Of a stretch of DNA of 61,759 bases, positions 18,533 to 31,140 are shown piece after piece. Position numbers and translations under genes: made by a program. A model generated the notes under the pieces. The model saw only the letters and a list, made by a program, of their open reading frames with translations, was not told the DNA's origin and did not search any database. The stretch lies in the NCBI GenBank assembly GCA_047615545.1, contig JBLHID010000002.1, positions 1 through 61,759 of the forward strand, read 5' to 3'. This stretch comes from Polaribacter sp. GTDB taxonomy: Bacteria > Pseudomonadota > Gammaproteobacteria > GCA-001735895. Within the stretch, counting starts at the first letter, position 1, and each line of letters begins with the position of its first letter.

Positions 18533-19030
18533 CTATTTTGCCAACTCTATCAAGATTTCATCGGTAATATTCACGGCCTCATCCACGTAAGCAACACCAT
18601 CAGTGAAGATAAAGTCATATCCATTCTTTTTACCAAATTCACGAATGACTACAGAGATCGATAGTTGGATTTCCTGCATCAATGCGCGCTCACGCGACTG
18701 TAGGTCATCCTGTAAAGATTTTTGATCGAATTTAAACTTGCGCTTGCTTTGAACAATCTCGCCTTCAGCTTTCCTCTTTTGTTCAGCACTCATAATAGCG
18801 CCATCGGTTTGGTACTTTTTTTCAAGCCCCTGTAATTTTTCTAACATAGCATTTAGGTCTGTATTTCTTTGCTCGAATTCTGCCCTGAGCACATTTGATG
18901 CCGCTTGCGCTTGTGGCGATTTTTCAATAACGATTGCTGCGTTAATAAACGCCAGCTTGCCAGCTGCACTCGCGCCTAATGTCACGCTGCTTAAAACTAG
19001 GACGGTTAGTAGTTTCTGTTTGATGGTCAT
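18533..19030 (-). CDS. OmpH/Skp-family periplasmic chaperone (orphan copy)
   Basis: 165 aa; signal peptide, a long coiled-coil Q/K/E-rich centre, and C-terminal GYDFIF..G..YV. Not next to bamA or lpxD. Confidence 0.8.
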   Translation of the reverse strand: MTIKQKLLTVLVLSSVTLGASAAGKLAFINAAIVIEKSPQAQAASNVLRAEFEQRNTDLNAMLEKLQGLEKKYQTDGAIMSAEQKRKAEGEIVQSKRKFKFDQKSLQDDLQSRERALMQEIQLSISVVIREFGKKNGYDFIFTDGVAYVDEAVNITDEILIELAK

Positions 19031-19493
19031 GTTTCTTCTCTCTTGTTATTGGCCTATTACGACTCGTATTTTTTAATCAATCGATTGAGCAAACTTTCGA
19101 GCACTTTGACGTCCTTGAAAAGTTGCTCTACTTTTTCTACTGAGTAAGGGCTGCCACTTTAATTGATGCCCTTGCTTTATCTTCGGTTTTTTTTCGGCAG
19201 CTAAGCCTACGACTACTTTCTCGGCTCCAGGTTCAACACTCACGTCAGAAGGCCGTTTTTTTAGAGCCGCAACTCTTCTAGTATACTCTATGCCTTCGGC
19301 TCGTGGGCTGCTACTAAACTGCAAATTACCCCGCTGTCTGTCCATTTACAGATCTAGCTACCGCCGCTGGTTCGCTCTGAACTATGGGCGAGATCTTTCT
19401 AGTCACAACCACCAGAACATTGGTTACAGACAGATCAGAAAATGTGCCTCCCCTACGGCTATGTCCATGAAGTGCCTGACTGTGTATAACCAC

Positions 19494-20774
<1,281 letters not shown>

Positions 20775-20835
20775 TTAGTCTCTCTCATACCAATTTTTCA
20801 ATAAAATTATTAGAACAGTATCGTTTAAGGGGGCC

Positions 20836-21213
20836 TTAAAAATATTGTTTGGCGGTATATATACCTACCAAAACACCCAGTACACTCAAAATGACACTGA
20901 CCAAGCCATAAGTCACTGCCTTTAAAATTGCGCCATTGTCGATTAAGTAGACAGTATCGAGTGCGAAGGTTGAAAACGTTGTGAATGCACCCAGAAAACC
21001 AACGATCAAACCGAGTCGAACTTCGTTACTGACATTTAAGCGATCGGCCAGAAGAATGGTCAAAAAACCAATCACAATAGAGCCGATGACATTCACCGTT
21101 AACGTCCCATAAGGGAAACCATCACCTAACCAGTGATTGGTCGACGTGGAAACCCAGTAGCGGCAAACTGCCCCGAGAGACCCGCCAAAAGCGATTGCAA
21201 TGTAGATAGACAT
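20836..21213 (-). CDS. crcB: Fluoride channel CrcB/FluC
   Basis: Four-TM small protein with GGSLGAVCRY..., GTLTVNVIGS, GFLGAFTTFSTF. The ATG at 21213 is preferred over the TTG at 21228. Confidence 0.9.
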   Translation of the reverse strand: MSIYIAIAFGGSLGAVCRYWVSTSTNHWLGDGFPYGTLTVNVIGSIVIGFLTILLADRLNVSNEVRLGLIVGFLGAFTTFSTFALDTVYLIDNGAILKAVTYGLVSVILSVLGVLVGIYTAKQYF

Positions 21214-21283
21214 TTCAGCTTTTCGCAAAAATACGATATTGTACCCATCGGTGCGAAAGATGCACCCAGCTTACGGTTTTTAA

Positions 21284-22390
21284 ATGCAGTTCCCTATCAG
21301 GAAACCAACCACTTTGCAGCCTAATCAATCACCTTCTATCACCCAACAGATAAAACAAATGGGCCTTGAGTTTGGATTCCAACAGGTGGGTATTACCGAT
21401 ACTCATTTAGATTCGGAGCACAAACATTACAACGAGTGGATTGAACGCAATTTTCATGGCGAGATGAGCTATATGGAGCGTAACATCGATAAACGCTTTT
21501 ACCCTGATCAATTAGTCCCTGATACTTTATCGGTCATTTGTGTGCGGCTTGATTACTACAAAAACGAGGGTAGTTGGCCTATCGACTTACTAAACCAAAC
21601 CGACTTGGCCTATATCTCGCGTTATGCTCTGGGGCGCGATTATCACAAGCTGATACGAAAACGCCTGCAACAATTTGCCAACAAAATATCGACTATCGTC
21701 GGCGATTTGGGCTATCGCGTCTTTACCGACAGTGCGCCGGTACTCGAAAAAGCATTGGCCTCTAAGGCTGGCATCGGATGGCAGGGAAAACATTCGAACA
21801 TACTCAACAAAGATAATGGGTCGTGGTTTTTCCTCGGAGAGATTTTCACCAACCTGGTGCTTGAAAACGATTCACCTGTGGGGAATCATTGTGGCAGCTG
21901 CACCAGTTGCATCGATGTCTGCCCAACCAAAGCGATTGTCGCACCTTATGTGGTCGATGCCAGACGCTGTATTTCATATCTGACCATTGAACATAAGTCA
22001 GCTATTCCAATCGAGTTTCGGGAGGCTATCGGCAACCGCATTTATGGCTGCGATGATTGCCAACTTTTTTGCCCCTGGAATCGATACGCCAAACTATCGC
22101 AGGAAGCCGATTTCAATCCACGTCATGGACTGGATAATAGCTCTTTGCTCGATTGCTTTGGCTGGACCGAGGACGACTTCAATACCAAGACGCTCGGCTC
22201 GGCTATTCGGCGGATTGGCTTTCAAAGCTGGATACGAAACATTGTTATTGCGCTTGGAAACGCCAACTACGACCCACATATAATAGCCAGTCTGAAGTCG
22301 GCTTATGCAACGCACAATGGTTTCATACAGGAGCACATTGATTGGGCCATAGGTCATCAACAAAGTAAGCAACCGAGTAAGCAACAATGA
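21284..22390 (+). CDS. queG: Epoxyqueuosine reductase
   Basis: 368 aa; CGSCTSCIDVCPTKAI and YGCDDCQLFCPWN 4Fe-4S motifs; C-terminal HEAT-like tail. Confidence 0.92.
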   Translation: MQFPIRKPTTLQPNQSPSITQQIKQMGLEFGFQQVGITDTHLDSEHKHYNEWIERNFHGEMSYMERNIDKRFYPDQLVPDTLSVICVRLDYYKNEGSWPIDLLNQTDLAYISRYALGRDYHKLIRKRLQQFANKISTIVGDLGYRVFTDSAPVLEKALASKAGIGWQGKHSNILNKDNGSWFFLGEIFTNLVLENDSPVGNHCGSCTSCIDVCPTKAIVAPYVVDARRCISYLTIEHKSAIPIEFREAIGNRIYGCDDCQLFCPWNRYAKLSQEADFNPRHGLDNSSLLDCFGWTEDDFNTKTLGSAIRRIGFQSWIRNIVIALGNANYDPHIIASLKSAYATHNGFIQEHIDWAIGHQQSKQPSKQQ

Positions 22391-23373
22391 AAGATTGGCA
22401 AGATTTTACAAAGACTCAGCCCGGTGCACTTTTGACGCGTAACTTTATTGCCGATGCGAACGACATTGGGTTAATTTTAGTCACCGGCAGTGATTCACTG
22501 AGTTTTTTACAAAATCAATTAAGTAACGATTTAACTCATATCGACAAAACTAAGTCTCAGCTCAGTTCTTATTCGACGGCTAAAGGTCGCATGCTCGGAA
22601 TCTTCCGCATCGTGCAAATTGATAACGGTTATATTTTAGTCACGACTAAAACTCTCGTCGCTGACTTGCTAAGCCGACTACAAATGTTTGTAGTGTCATC
22701 ACAGGTGTCACTGGCTGATGCTTCTGAGCATTTTGCTCGGTTTGTGGTCCATACCGATCAACTAGATACTGGGCCAGCTGCCTTGCTGCCTAACGAGCCA
22801 AATGCAGTTTTGCAAAATGACAGCGTCATTTCGCTTCAGCTAAATCATCTAGACGACCAACATCGTTACTTGTTCCTGTGCCTTTCTTTAGAAGAGGCTA
22901 AATCGCTTTGGCAACAGTTTTCGGTGAACCTGAGTATTGCTAATTTTGAATCCTGGCGTCTGTCAGATATCAAGGCTGGCATCCCCAATATTTACCCACA
23001 AACAGTCGAACAATTTGTACTGCAAATGTCGAACTTAGATTTACTGGATGGCGTTAGCTTTAAAAAGGGCTGTTATCCTGGGCAGGAAATCATCGCTCGT
23101 ATGCATTATCTGGGTAAACTCAAACGACGACTGTTTTTAGCAACGCTGGAAACCACTCAGTGTCCATTACCTGGCGACGAGATTTGCACTAAGGCAGCTA
23201 CAACTGCCGATGGCAGTGGCATGGTGGTCGATGCAGTTATTGACGATAAGGGTATTTGCCATTGCCTCTATGTAGCACAAATCAAAAAAGCGAATGAACA
23301 ATCGCTATGCTTATTTAAACAACCAACTGTTAGTCTTAACAGCGCCGACCTGCCCTATTCTTTACCAGAATAA
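22387..23373 (+). CDS. ygfZ: Folate-binding tRNA-modification/Fe-S repair protein YgfZ
   Basis: 328 aa; FKKGCYPGQEIIARMHYLGKLKRRL signature; 4-nt overlap with queG. Confidence 0.85.
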   Translation: MKDWQDFTKTQPGALLTRNFIADANDIGLILVTGSDSLSFLQNQLSNDLTHIDKTKSQLSSYSTAKGRMLGIFRIVQIDNGYILVTTKTLVADLLSRLQMFVVSSQVSLADASEHFARFVVHTDQLDTGPAALLPNEPNAVLQNDSVISLQLNHLDDQHRYLFLCLSLEEAKSLWQQFSVNLSIANFESWRLSDIKAGIPNIYPQTVEQFVLQMSNLDLLDGVSFKKGCYPGQEIIARMHYLGKLKRRLFLATLETTQCPLPGDEICTKAATTADGSGMVVDAVIDDKGICHCLYVAQIKKANEQSLCLFKQPTVSLNSADLPYSLPE

Positions 23374-23405
23374 TTTATCCGAACTGAGAGGATATAAGGG
23401 CGAAT

Positions 23406-24029
23406 CTAAACTAGGAAGGCTTCAATTTGACTTAGCATTGGACCAGCATTGGTGTAGTTTGTGTGGATCAGCTCGTAGCGACCATTGCGTTCCACGACTA
23501 GGCTCGGAAAACCATTCACCCCAAGTGACCTCGATAGGTCTATTTCTTTCTGCAGACTTTGCTGTGTTTCGTTAGACGTGAGGTCATCGCTGAAGGTCTG
23601 TTGATCGAGGCCAATTTCGGCAGCTAATTCTATCAGTGTACTATCGTCCGACGGATTTCGAGCTTGTTGGTAATAGGCTTGATGAATTTGTCGAGTCATT
23701 AAGTCATCAAAATCGTCACCTTGCTGTCTGGCTGCAATCACTGCGCGACAGGCGGGATAAGTCGCTCTGCGGGGTTCGCAGTTGTCCCAGAAATCGTAAT
23801 TAAATAGCACACCCGGTATTGCCTGCTCTATTCGCTGCCAGTTTTGCCTGACCATGTTGCGAGTTGCCTCCGGCATTAGCTCGCTACTATCTGGCGCTAA
23901 GCCACCCAGTAATCGCGTTACCTTTATACTGGCAGGTAACCCATCCAACAAGGTTTTAAGTGTTTTAGAAAAACCAAAACACCAACTACACATCGGGTCG
24001 TGTACGTAAATTAGAGTCGTATTTTCCAT
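23406..24029 (-). CDS. DsbA-family thioredoxin-fold protein
   Basis: 207 aa; YVHDPMCSWCFGF active-site region, GVNGFPSLV near the C-terminus. Confidence 0.8.
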   Translation of the reverse strand: MENTTLIYVHDPMCSWCFGFSKTLKTLLDGLPASIKVTRLLGGLAPDSSELMPEATRNMVRQNWQRIEQAIPGVLFNYDFWDNCEPRRATYPACRAVIAARQQGDDFDDLMTRQIHQAYYQQARNPSDDSTLIELAAEIGLDQQTFSDDLTSNETQQSLQKEIDLSRSLGVNGFPSLVVERNGRYELIHTNYTNAGPMLSQIEAFLV

Positions 24030-24044
24030 AGTTAAATGCGTCTT

Positions 24045-25043
24045 TTAGCTTTTACTATTGTCTTTCATGAAGTCTTTGATAATTAAATCACAAGACTTAA
24101 CCGTATTGATACCGGACACACTTTTACCTGCTTGCCAGTAATCTTTTTTACCCGATTCATCCAACGATGATTTTTTGAGTTGCCATATCGACTTTAATGC
24201 AAAGAAGGTTCTCATCCAGTGTTTGGTTTTGTTACCCGATAACATCCACTTTGAAAACCAGCCGTATTTTAAACCGCTGCGTTTAATGTAATCGGTATTG
24301 ATGACAGAGACAGGAATACCGGTCACGCGCTCTGAGAGTACGATGTCCGATTCTTGAGCTTGGATAATGGATTCTTTGTACACATCACTGGTACGACATT
24401 CATCGCTCGCTATAAAACGAGTGCCTAACTGACAACCGGCATATCCCATGTTCAAAACTTGATCAAAAGCTTGTGGATCGCCAACGCCACCGGCACAGAC
24501 CAATGGCACATTCAAACCACTTAGTTCATCAAATAACTGCTGGGCGTCTTTTCCACCTGCATGACCACCGGCTCGGTTATTCACACAAATCAATCCATCC
24601 GCACCATTGGCGAGACCAATCTCGGCCCATTTCAATTCAGTAACATCATGGTAGACAAGGCCACCGACGGAATGCACCCGTTCGGCTACCCAGTCTGGCT
24701 TACCAAGTGATGTAACGAAAAAACGGATACCTTCTTCCAGCGCAACGTCAATCCATTCTTCCATGCGTTGTTGATATTTTTTCGAAGATTTTTCAATCAG
24801 TGCATTCATACCAATTGGCTTATCGGTGAGTTGTCGCATAAGTCGAATACCTTGACGGAATTCATGACCATGAACATACGTCAAGGATATTGGCTGCATG
24901 ACGCCGATGCCACCCGCCTCGGACACGGCCGCCACTAGCTCAGGGTTGCTACAGGGATACATCGGGCCACCGATGATCGGATGGCGAATACCGAGTTGTT
25001 GAGTGAATGCTTTGCTCGCTGGCGATAGTGTTTTATCAGTCAT
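24045..25043 (-). CDS. Nitronate monooxygenase / FMN-dependent NPD-family oxidoreductase
   Basis: 332 aa; LGIRHPIIGGPMY, GGHAGG, CAGGVGDP. Confidence 0.85.
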   Translation of the reverse strand: MTDKTLSPASKAFTQQLGIRHPIIGGPMYPCSNPELVAAVSEAGGIGVMQPISLTYVHGHEFRQGIRLMRQLTDKPIGMNALIEKSSKKYQQRMEEWIDVALEEGIRFFVTSLGKPDWVAERVHSVGGLVYHDVTELKWAEIGLANGADGLICVNNRAGGHAGGKDAQQLFDELSGLNVPLVCAGGVGDPQAFDQVLNMGYAGCQLGTRFIASDECRTSDVYKESIIQAQESDIVLSERVTGIPVSVINTDYIKRSGLKYGWFSKWMLSGNKTKHWMRTFFALKSIWQLKKSSLDESGKKDYWQAGKSVSGINTVKSCDLIIKDFMKDNSKS

Positions 25044-25125
25044 GTGTTATTAATCATGTTTCATTAATGATGTGCTATTAGTTATGTGCTATTAGTTATG
25101 TGCAATCGGTGATGTGCAATCAGTC
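25042..25125. repeat. Six-unit degenerate 14-bp tandem array abutting the NMO start codon
   Basis: Plus strand: ATGTGTTATTAATC ATGTTTCATTAATG ATGTGCTATTAGTT ATGTGCTATTAGTT ATGTGCAATCGGTG ATGTGCAATCAGTC. It fills nearly all of the 89-nt gap between the thioesterase stop and the NMO ATG (25043). Confidence 0.85.
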
Positions 25126-25132
25126 CTTACCT

Positions 25133-25630
25133 CTAACCTTTCGACTTCTTATAGCCAAGCAGCCAATTCGCGGTAACCGTAGCAACCACATCACCGGTTT
25201 CATCTTTGATGTCGCAGCTTACTTCAAACGGTGTGTTGTCTTCCATTTGCTCTGGTAGCTCAAAAATCGCTGTCGCAGTTAATTTGCCGCGCGCCTTTTT
25301 CTTATATTCGGAGCGTAAGCTCAGCACGATCCCGCGCATGTCATCGGTAATACAGGACAATACAGCCAGCCCCGTAACGATTTCACCCAAATTAACCGAA
25401 GCTATTGCATGTATTGATTTCAGGTGATTTCGGACTTTGCGGCGGTCGCGTAAACTGACCCGCACCTCGCCGATGCTCAGCGCTTCGACACATGCGCCAA
25501 TTGATCCGCTATAAGGCGCATACCAGCCTAGGAAAACACTGAACAGCTTCGCCCCAAAAGGCAGCCCATTCATCTTGTCCCAAAGTTTGACTAGTTGGTT
25601 CTTAGTTTTTGAATTAGTGGTGTTCGGCAT
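25133..25630 (-). CDS. Hotdog-fold thioesterase-like protein (DUF4442)
   Basis: 165 aa; APYSGSIGACVEAL..GEVRVSLRDRRKVRNHLKSIHAIA matches my memory of DUF4442. Confidence 0.7.
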   Translation of the reverse strand: MPNTTNSKTKNQLVKLWDKMNGLPFGAKLFSVFLGWYAPYSGSIGACVEALSIGEVRVSLRDRRKVRNHLKSIHAIASVNLGEIVTGLAVLSCITDDMRGIVLSLRSEYKKKARGKLTATAIFELPEQMEDNTPFEVSCDIKDETGDVVATVTANWLLGYKKSKG

Positions 25631-25694
25631 AAATTTGAATGATTACCTTAGAATTTAGTCGCGCTTCAAATGAATCTACTGCGATAAAGTCAAT

Positions 25695-26318
25695 TTAGCT
25701 ACCAGCACCGAAAACATCAACACCTTCGGGCGGCGTAAACTGGAAAACCTTTGGATTATGTACGACATTTTGACGTAGATTATCGAATACTATTTGTGTA
25801 CTTTGTCCAAAGCTATCGCGCAGCTCCATAGCTTTGACGGCGTTGTCCTCAAGGCCTATATACACTCGTGAGTATTCCTGCTCAGTTAATTTTGGTTCGA
25901 GTTCAACCCAGTAAAGCAACTTGCGTTGCCCCACTTCATTAATGGTGAAATCTGAATTAATTTCATTTTGTTTCATCAATATCATAATCGGTGCCGAGGC
26001 CAGACCTGAGGCCATTGGCTTCACCGTCACCTGATCGAGATCAACATCGTAAATCCACAGCTCAGAACCATCAGCAATAATTTGTTGCTCGTATGGTGTG
26101 GTGTAAATCCATGAAAATTTGCCCGGGCGCGAAATGGCAACCGTGCCACTACTATGCTGTACCACCTGCCTATCTTCATTCAATACAGTTTGTTTAAAAT
26201 CAGCGGTTAAATTATCGAGACTCTTAAGCGCTGTATTGAGACGTTGTTCGGCTGTTTGGGCGTAGGCTAGGTTAAACAGGCCACTGGCTAAACTTATTAC
26301 AATCAGAAAATATTTCAT
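25695..26318 (-). CDS. lolA: Outer-membrane lipoprotein carrier LolA
   Basis: 207 aa; signal peptide, FKQTV...GKFSWIY..PYEQQIIADGSELWIYD. The start overlaps the ftsK stop (TAATG). Confidence 0.9.
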   Translation of the reverse strand: MKYFLIVISLASGLFNLAYAQTAEQRLNTALKSLDNLTADFKQTVLNEDRQVVQHSSGTVAISRPGKFSWIYTTPYEQQIIADGSELWIYDVDLDQVTVKPMASGLASAPIMILMKQNEINSDFTINEVGQRKLLYWVELEPKLTEQEYSRVYIGLEDNAVKAMELRDSFGQSTQIVFDNLRQNVVHNPKVFQFTPPEGVDVFGAGS

Positions 26319-28666
26319 TATTCATCCATTCTTGATGGGGATGCTGGTGGGGGTGGTGCGAGCACTTCTCGGCTACCGTTTGATTGGACTTGCGAAACTA
26401 CTCCAGAGTTCTCCATTTCTTCAATCATTCTGGCAGCTCGGTTATAACCAATTTTGAGTCGACGTTGAACATAAGAGATCGATGCCTTACGGGTCTCCGT
26501 CACGATGGATACAGCTTCATCATAGAAAGGATCAAGGTCTTCGCCGCTTGAACCGGCTGCTGCTTCACCAGGTAGCAAAGTGGTTGACGAATCTTCCAGT
26601 ACATTTTGGATATAATTTGGACCACCGGATTTTCTAATTTCATTAATCACCGCATGTACTTCATGGTCGTCAACGAAAGCACCATGAATGCGTTCTGGCA
26701 TGCTGGTACCCGGTGGCAAGAACAGCATATCGCCATTACCTAATAATGACTCAGCCCCCATTTGATCGAGTATGGTTCGAGAATCGATCTTAGATGACAC
26801 TTGAAACGCAATTCGAGTGGGTATATTAGATTTGATCAAACCAGTAATAACGTCAACCGAGGGGCGTTGTGTCGCCAATAGTAAATGAATCCCTGATGCG
26901 CGCGCTTTTTGTGCCAGCCTTGCGATTAACTCTTCTACCTTTTTGCCAACCACCATCATCATATCGGCGAATTCGTCTACCACCACGACAACATACGGTA
27001 GGGTTTCCAGATCATCCGGAACCGCATCCGGGTAGAGCATTAATTTCGACTTATCAAACAATGGATCTTTAATCGGCATTCCAGCTTCGATAGCATCACT
27101 CACCTTGCGGTTGTAACCCGTAATATTACGCACGCCTAAAGAGGCCATCAGCTTGTATCGTCGCTCCATCTCGGCAACACACCAACGCAGGGCATTGGCG
27201 GCTTCCTTCATATCAGTCACCACTGGCGCGATTAAATGTGGGATACCGTCGTAAACATTAAGTTCGAGCATTTTCGGGTCTATCAAAATCAAGCGAACTT
27301 CTTTTGGTGTCGCTTTGTAAAGGAGGCTCAATAACATCGTATTGATCCCTACCGATTTACCAGAACCAGTGGTGCCAGCGACCAACAAGTGAGGCATTTT
27401 GGCAAGATCAGCCACCACCGCCTTACCACTAATATCCTTACCCAATGCAAGCGTGAGTGGTGAAGTTGATTCATCAAAGGTCTTTGAGCGCAGTATTTCA
27501 CTTAACACGACTAACTCGCGATCTTCGTTTGGTATTTCCAGCCCCATGACCGATTTACCTGGGATAATTTCAACTACGCGTACACCAACAACAGATAAAG
27601 ACCGGGCCAAGTCCTTCGCCAAACTACTGATTTGACTCACCTTAACGCCAGGTGCTGGCAGAATTTCGAATCGAGTAATAACTGGCCCCGGGTGTACCGA
27701 TTCAACATGGACTTCAATACCGAAATCTTTCAGTTTTAATTCCAACTGATGGGACATAGCTTCCAGTGCTGCTGTGCTATATCCGGCTATTCTTGGTTTC
27801 GGGTCATCTAGTAACGACAGTGATGGAATACCGCTTCCCGTAGCATTTGAAGTATGAAACAGTGGAATTTGTTTCTCTTTTTCGACACGAGTGCTTTGTT
27901 CTACCTGCTGAACAACGGGTTCGATTTTGACAGCAGGACGTTTCCCCTGCTTTTCAATTTCGATGTTGAAGGTTTCTTGACGGTCGATCCGGACTTTCTT
28001 ACCTTCCATATTATCTTTCGTCAGATAATATCGATCGATGAGTTTTTCGATCAGAATGAGCGTGTATTTACCGACATTATCGATGAGTGCTAGCCACGAA
28101 ATCCCCGTAAACAAGGTGAGGCCAGCAAGAAACAAGGCCATATGCAAAACCGTCGCGCCCAGAAACCCCAAATTATGTGAAAAATAATTGCCCGTGATTT
28201 GTCCCAATATGCCACCCGCATCTACCGGCATGACACTAGGATCAACCCCAAAATGTAGACCAGACAATGTGCAGCCAGAGATCAGAGTCAGAATAAACCC
28301 GCTCCAACGAATCACCAGCATTTGATTTCGGTCTTGGGGACTGAGGTTTCTGGTTCTAACCAGGATAATGCCGTTATAGAACATCATAATCGGCGATAAA
28401 AATGAAAGGAATCCAAACAGGTAAAACAACAAGTCGGCAATCCATGCACCCGCTATACCACCAAAGTTGAAGATTTGGTTACTCGTGCCACTATGCGACC
28501 ACGACGCATCCTGCGCGTTATAACTTATTAATGCGACCAATACATAGCTTGCTATTGCAAACGATAACAGCATACCCGCTTCACGTAAGCGCTGACTGAT
28601 CTGTTTTGCGAATAACAGTTTGTTCTCAGGGTTACTTGCTGAAGGTTTAATTTTTGCCTGTGCCAC
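26318..28666 (-). CDS. ftsK: DNA translocase FtsK
   Basis: N-terminal TM domain, P/Q linker, GTTGSGKSV Walker [13 protein letters not shown]-terminal gamma domain ([23 protein letters not shown]). The ORF is open to 28789. The GTG at 28666 gives an E. coli-like N-terminal length. Confidence 0.93.
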   Translation of the reverse strand: MAQAKIKPSASNPENKLLFAKQISQRLREAGMLLSFAIASYVLVALISYNAQDASWSHSGTSNQIFNFGGIAGAWIADLLFYLFGFLSFLSPIMMFYNGIILVRTRNLSPQDRNQMLVIRWSGFILTLISGCTLSGLHFGVDPSVMPVDAGGILGQITGNYFSHNLGFLGATVLHMALFLAGLTLFTGISWLALIDNVGKYTLILIEKLIDRYYLTKDNMEGKKVRIDRQETFNIEIEKQGKRPAVKIEPVVQQVEQSTRVEKEKQIPLFHTSNATGSGIPSLSLLDDPKPRIAGYSTAALEAMSHQLELKLKDFGIEVHVESVHPGPVITRFEILPAPGVKVSQISSLAKDLARSLSVVGVRVVEIIPGKSVMGLEIPNEDRELVVLSEILRSKTFDESTSPLTLALGKDISGKAVVADLAKMPHLLVAGTTGSGKSVGINTMLLSLLYKATPKEVRLILIDPKMLELNVYDGIPHLIAPVVTDMKEAANALRWCVAEMERRYKLMASLGVRNITGYNRKVSDAIEAGMPIKDPLFDKSKLMLYPDAVPDDLETLPYVVVVVDEFADMMMVVGKKVEELIARLAQKARASGIHLLLATQRPSVDVITGLIKSNIPTRIAFQVSSKIDSRTILDQMGAESLLGNGDMLFLPPGTSMPERIHGAFVDDHEVHAVINEIRKSGGPNYIQNVLEDSSTTLLPGEAAAGSSGEDLDPFYDEAVSIVTETRKASISYVQRRLKIGYNRAARMIEEMENSGVVSQVQSNGSREVLAPPPPASPSRMDE

Positions 28667-28910
28667 TGTTATGTCTGTAAACCACTGCTGTATCAAAAAT
28701 AGTCTGCGTATTTTACATGATGCGATTGAACCATCACTAGCTAACTTACAGTTTTGTCCAAGAACTTTACATTTATGCCCCCATATCAATGCAATATCGC
28801 AATAATTAGGTTGGTATTGACCTCTTGCTTGGCTTTATATTTGAATTCGCTTATTTACATTGTTAAAACAGGCATTACTATTAGCGCCTATTGTTAATCA
28901 TAAAAGTTAA

Positions 28911-29927
<1,017 letters not shown>

Positions 29928-29931
29928 AGCT

Positions 29932-31140
29932 TTGTCACTTAACGTCCATGATAGCTTTCCAGGTAGCTGCAAGGATAACTGGCAGGTTAGTGTCTGTCAT
30001 AGCTTATCCGAGGTCGATGAGTCAGCCTGGGACAAGCTTGGTAATGACAGTTACCCTTTTACCCGACACGCTTTTCTCTATGGACTAGAACGGTCTAATT
30101 GTTTGGAGCCGTTTGGTTGGCAGTCGGCCCATTTTCTAGTCCATGATGGTGATGCCCTGATTGCCGCCTTGCCCTGCTACATCAAAACAAACTCCTATGG
30201 CGAACTTGTTTTTGATCATGCATGGGCTCAGGCTTATCAACGCAGCGGTATCGACTATTACCCCAAGCTTGTCACTGCTATACCTTATACACCAGCAACT
30301 GGAGAACGCTTTTTAATTAACGTTGAAAAGGTGCCCGACCCACAAGACCAATTAAAGCTTCGGTTACATTGCTGCCAAGCCGCCATTCAATTTTGTGAAA
30401 CGCATCGCTTTAGTTCCTGGCATATCTTATTTAGCCAAAAAGAAATTCTCGATTCGCTCAAACTTGAGCAGCACAGCATTATGCAACGCTGCGATATTCA
30501 GTTTCATTGGCAAAATAACGCGTATGCTAGTTTCGATGATTTTTTAGCAACGTTAAGCTCAAGAAAACGAAAAAACATTCGAAAGGAACGCCAAGCAACT
30601 GCACAACATGGTTTTGAACTAACCATGCAATCGGGCGATGAGTTAACCGAGCAAGAATGGCGCAAAGTCTACGCACTTTATGCGAGTATTTATAATCGAA
30701 AAAATGGAACACCGACCTTAACCCCAGCTTTTTTCCAACACTTAGGCCAAGCTCTAGCGCCACAAGTATTGGTCTGTTCTGCTCGCAGCGAAGGCAACAT
30801 TGTCGCAGCTTCGTTGTTTTATCGTAGCGATACGCACTTGTATGGCCGTGTCTGGGGTTGTGAGCAGTTTGCTAATAATCTGCACTTCGAATGTTGCTAC
30901 TATCAAGGTATTGACTATTGCATTGAGCACGGCCTTACCCATTTTGACCCCGGCGCACAGGGTGAGCACAAACTCAGTCGTGGCTTCCTTCCAACCAAAA
31001 CCTGGTCGGGGCACTGGATAGCGCATGATGAATTCCGTGATGCCATTGCAAACTTTTTACAACAAGAAAGGCAGCATATCGACGGTTATCAAACCCAGTT
31101 AATGCAACACTCGCCTTACCGAAATGATCCCCTGGCTTGA
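29932..31140 (+). CDS. FemAB-like (DUF482/PF04339-type) dupli-GNAT protein
   Basis: 402 aa; HAFLYGLERSNCLEPFGWQSAHFLV...LPCYIKTNSYGELVFDHAWAQAYQRSGIDYYPKLVTAIPYTPATGERFLI matches the family as I recall it. TTG start 4 nt after the trxB stop. Confidence 0.75.
   Translation: MSLNVHDSFPGSCKDNWQVSVCHSLSEVDESAWDKLGNDSYPFTRHAFLYGLERSNCLEPFGWQSAHFLVHDGDALIAALPCYIKTNSYGELVFDHAWAQAYQRSGIDYYPKLVTAIPYTPATGERFLINVEKVPDPQDQLKLRLHCCQAAIQFCETHRFSSWHILFSQKEILDSLKLEQHSIMQRCDIQFHWQNNAYASFDDFLATLSSRKRKNIRKERQATAQHGFELTMQSGDELTEQEWRKVYALYASIYNRKNGTPTLTPAFFQHLGQALAPQVLVCSARSEGNIVAASLFYRSDTHLYGRVWGCEQFANNLHFECCYYQGIDYCIEHGLTHFDPGAQGEHKLSRGFLPTKTWSGHWIAHDEFRDAIANFLQQERQHIDGYQTQLMQHSPYRNDPLA

Noticed and set aside
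19073-19345. 90-aa basic ORF between serS and skp.
   Set aside because: No RBS, a K/R/S/P-rich composition and no family recognised. It could equally be untranslated spacer, so I left it uncalled.
21214-21283. Possible fluoride riboswitch in front of crcB.
   Set aside because: The 70-nt leader contains a GGTGC-N7-GCACC hairpin and a GCTGAAATG..CTAC stretch that vaguely recalls the crcB-motif 3' half. It lacks the conserved GGCGATGG...AAC.GC 5' half, and the region is shared with the divergent queG start. Only an Rfam RF01734 scan could rescue it.
28688-28703. LexA-box-like CTGTATCAAAAATAGT about 25 nt upstream of the proposed ftsK GTG start. E. coli ftsK has an SOS promoter.
   Set aside because: Only the CTGTAT half-site fits CTGT-N8-ACAG; the right half reads TAGT. 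That is too weak to call without a PWM score or conservation.
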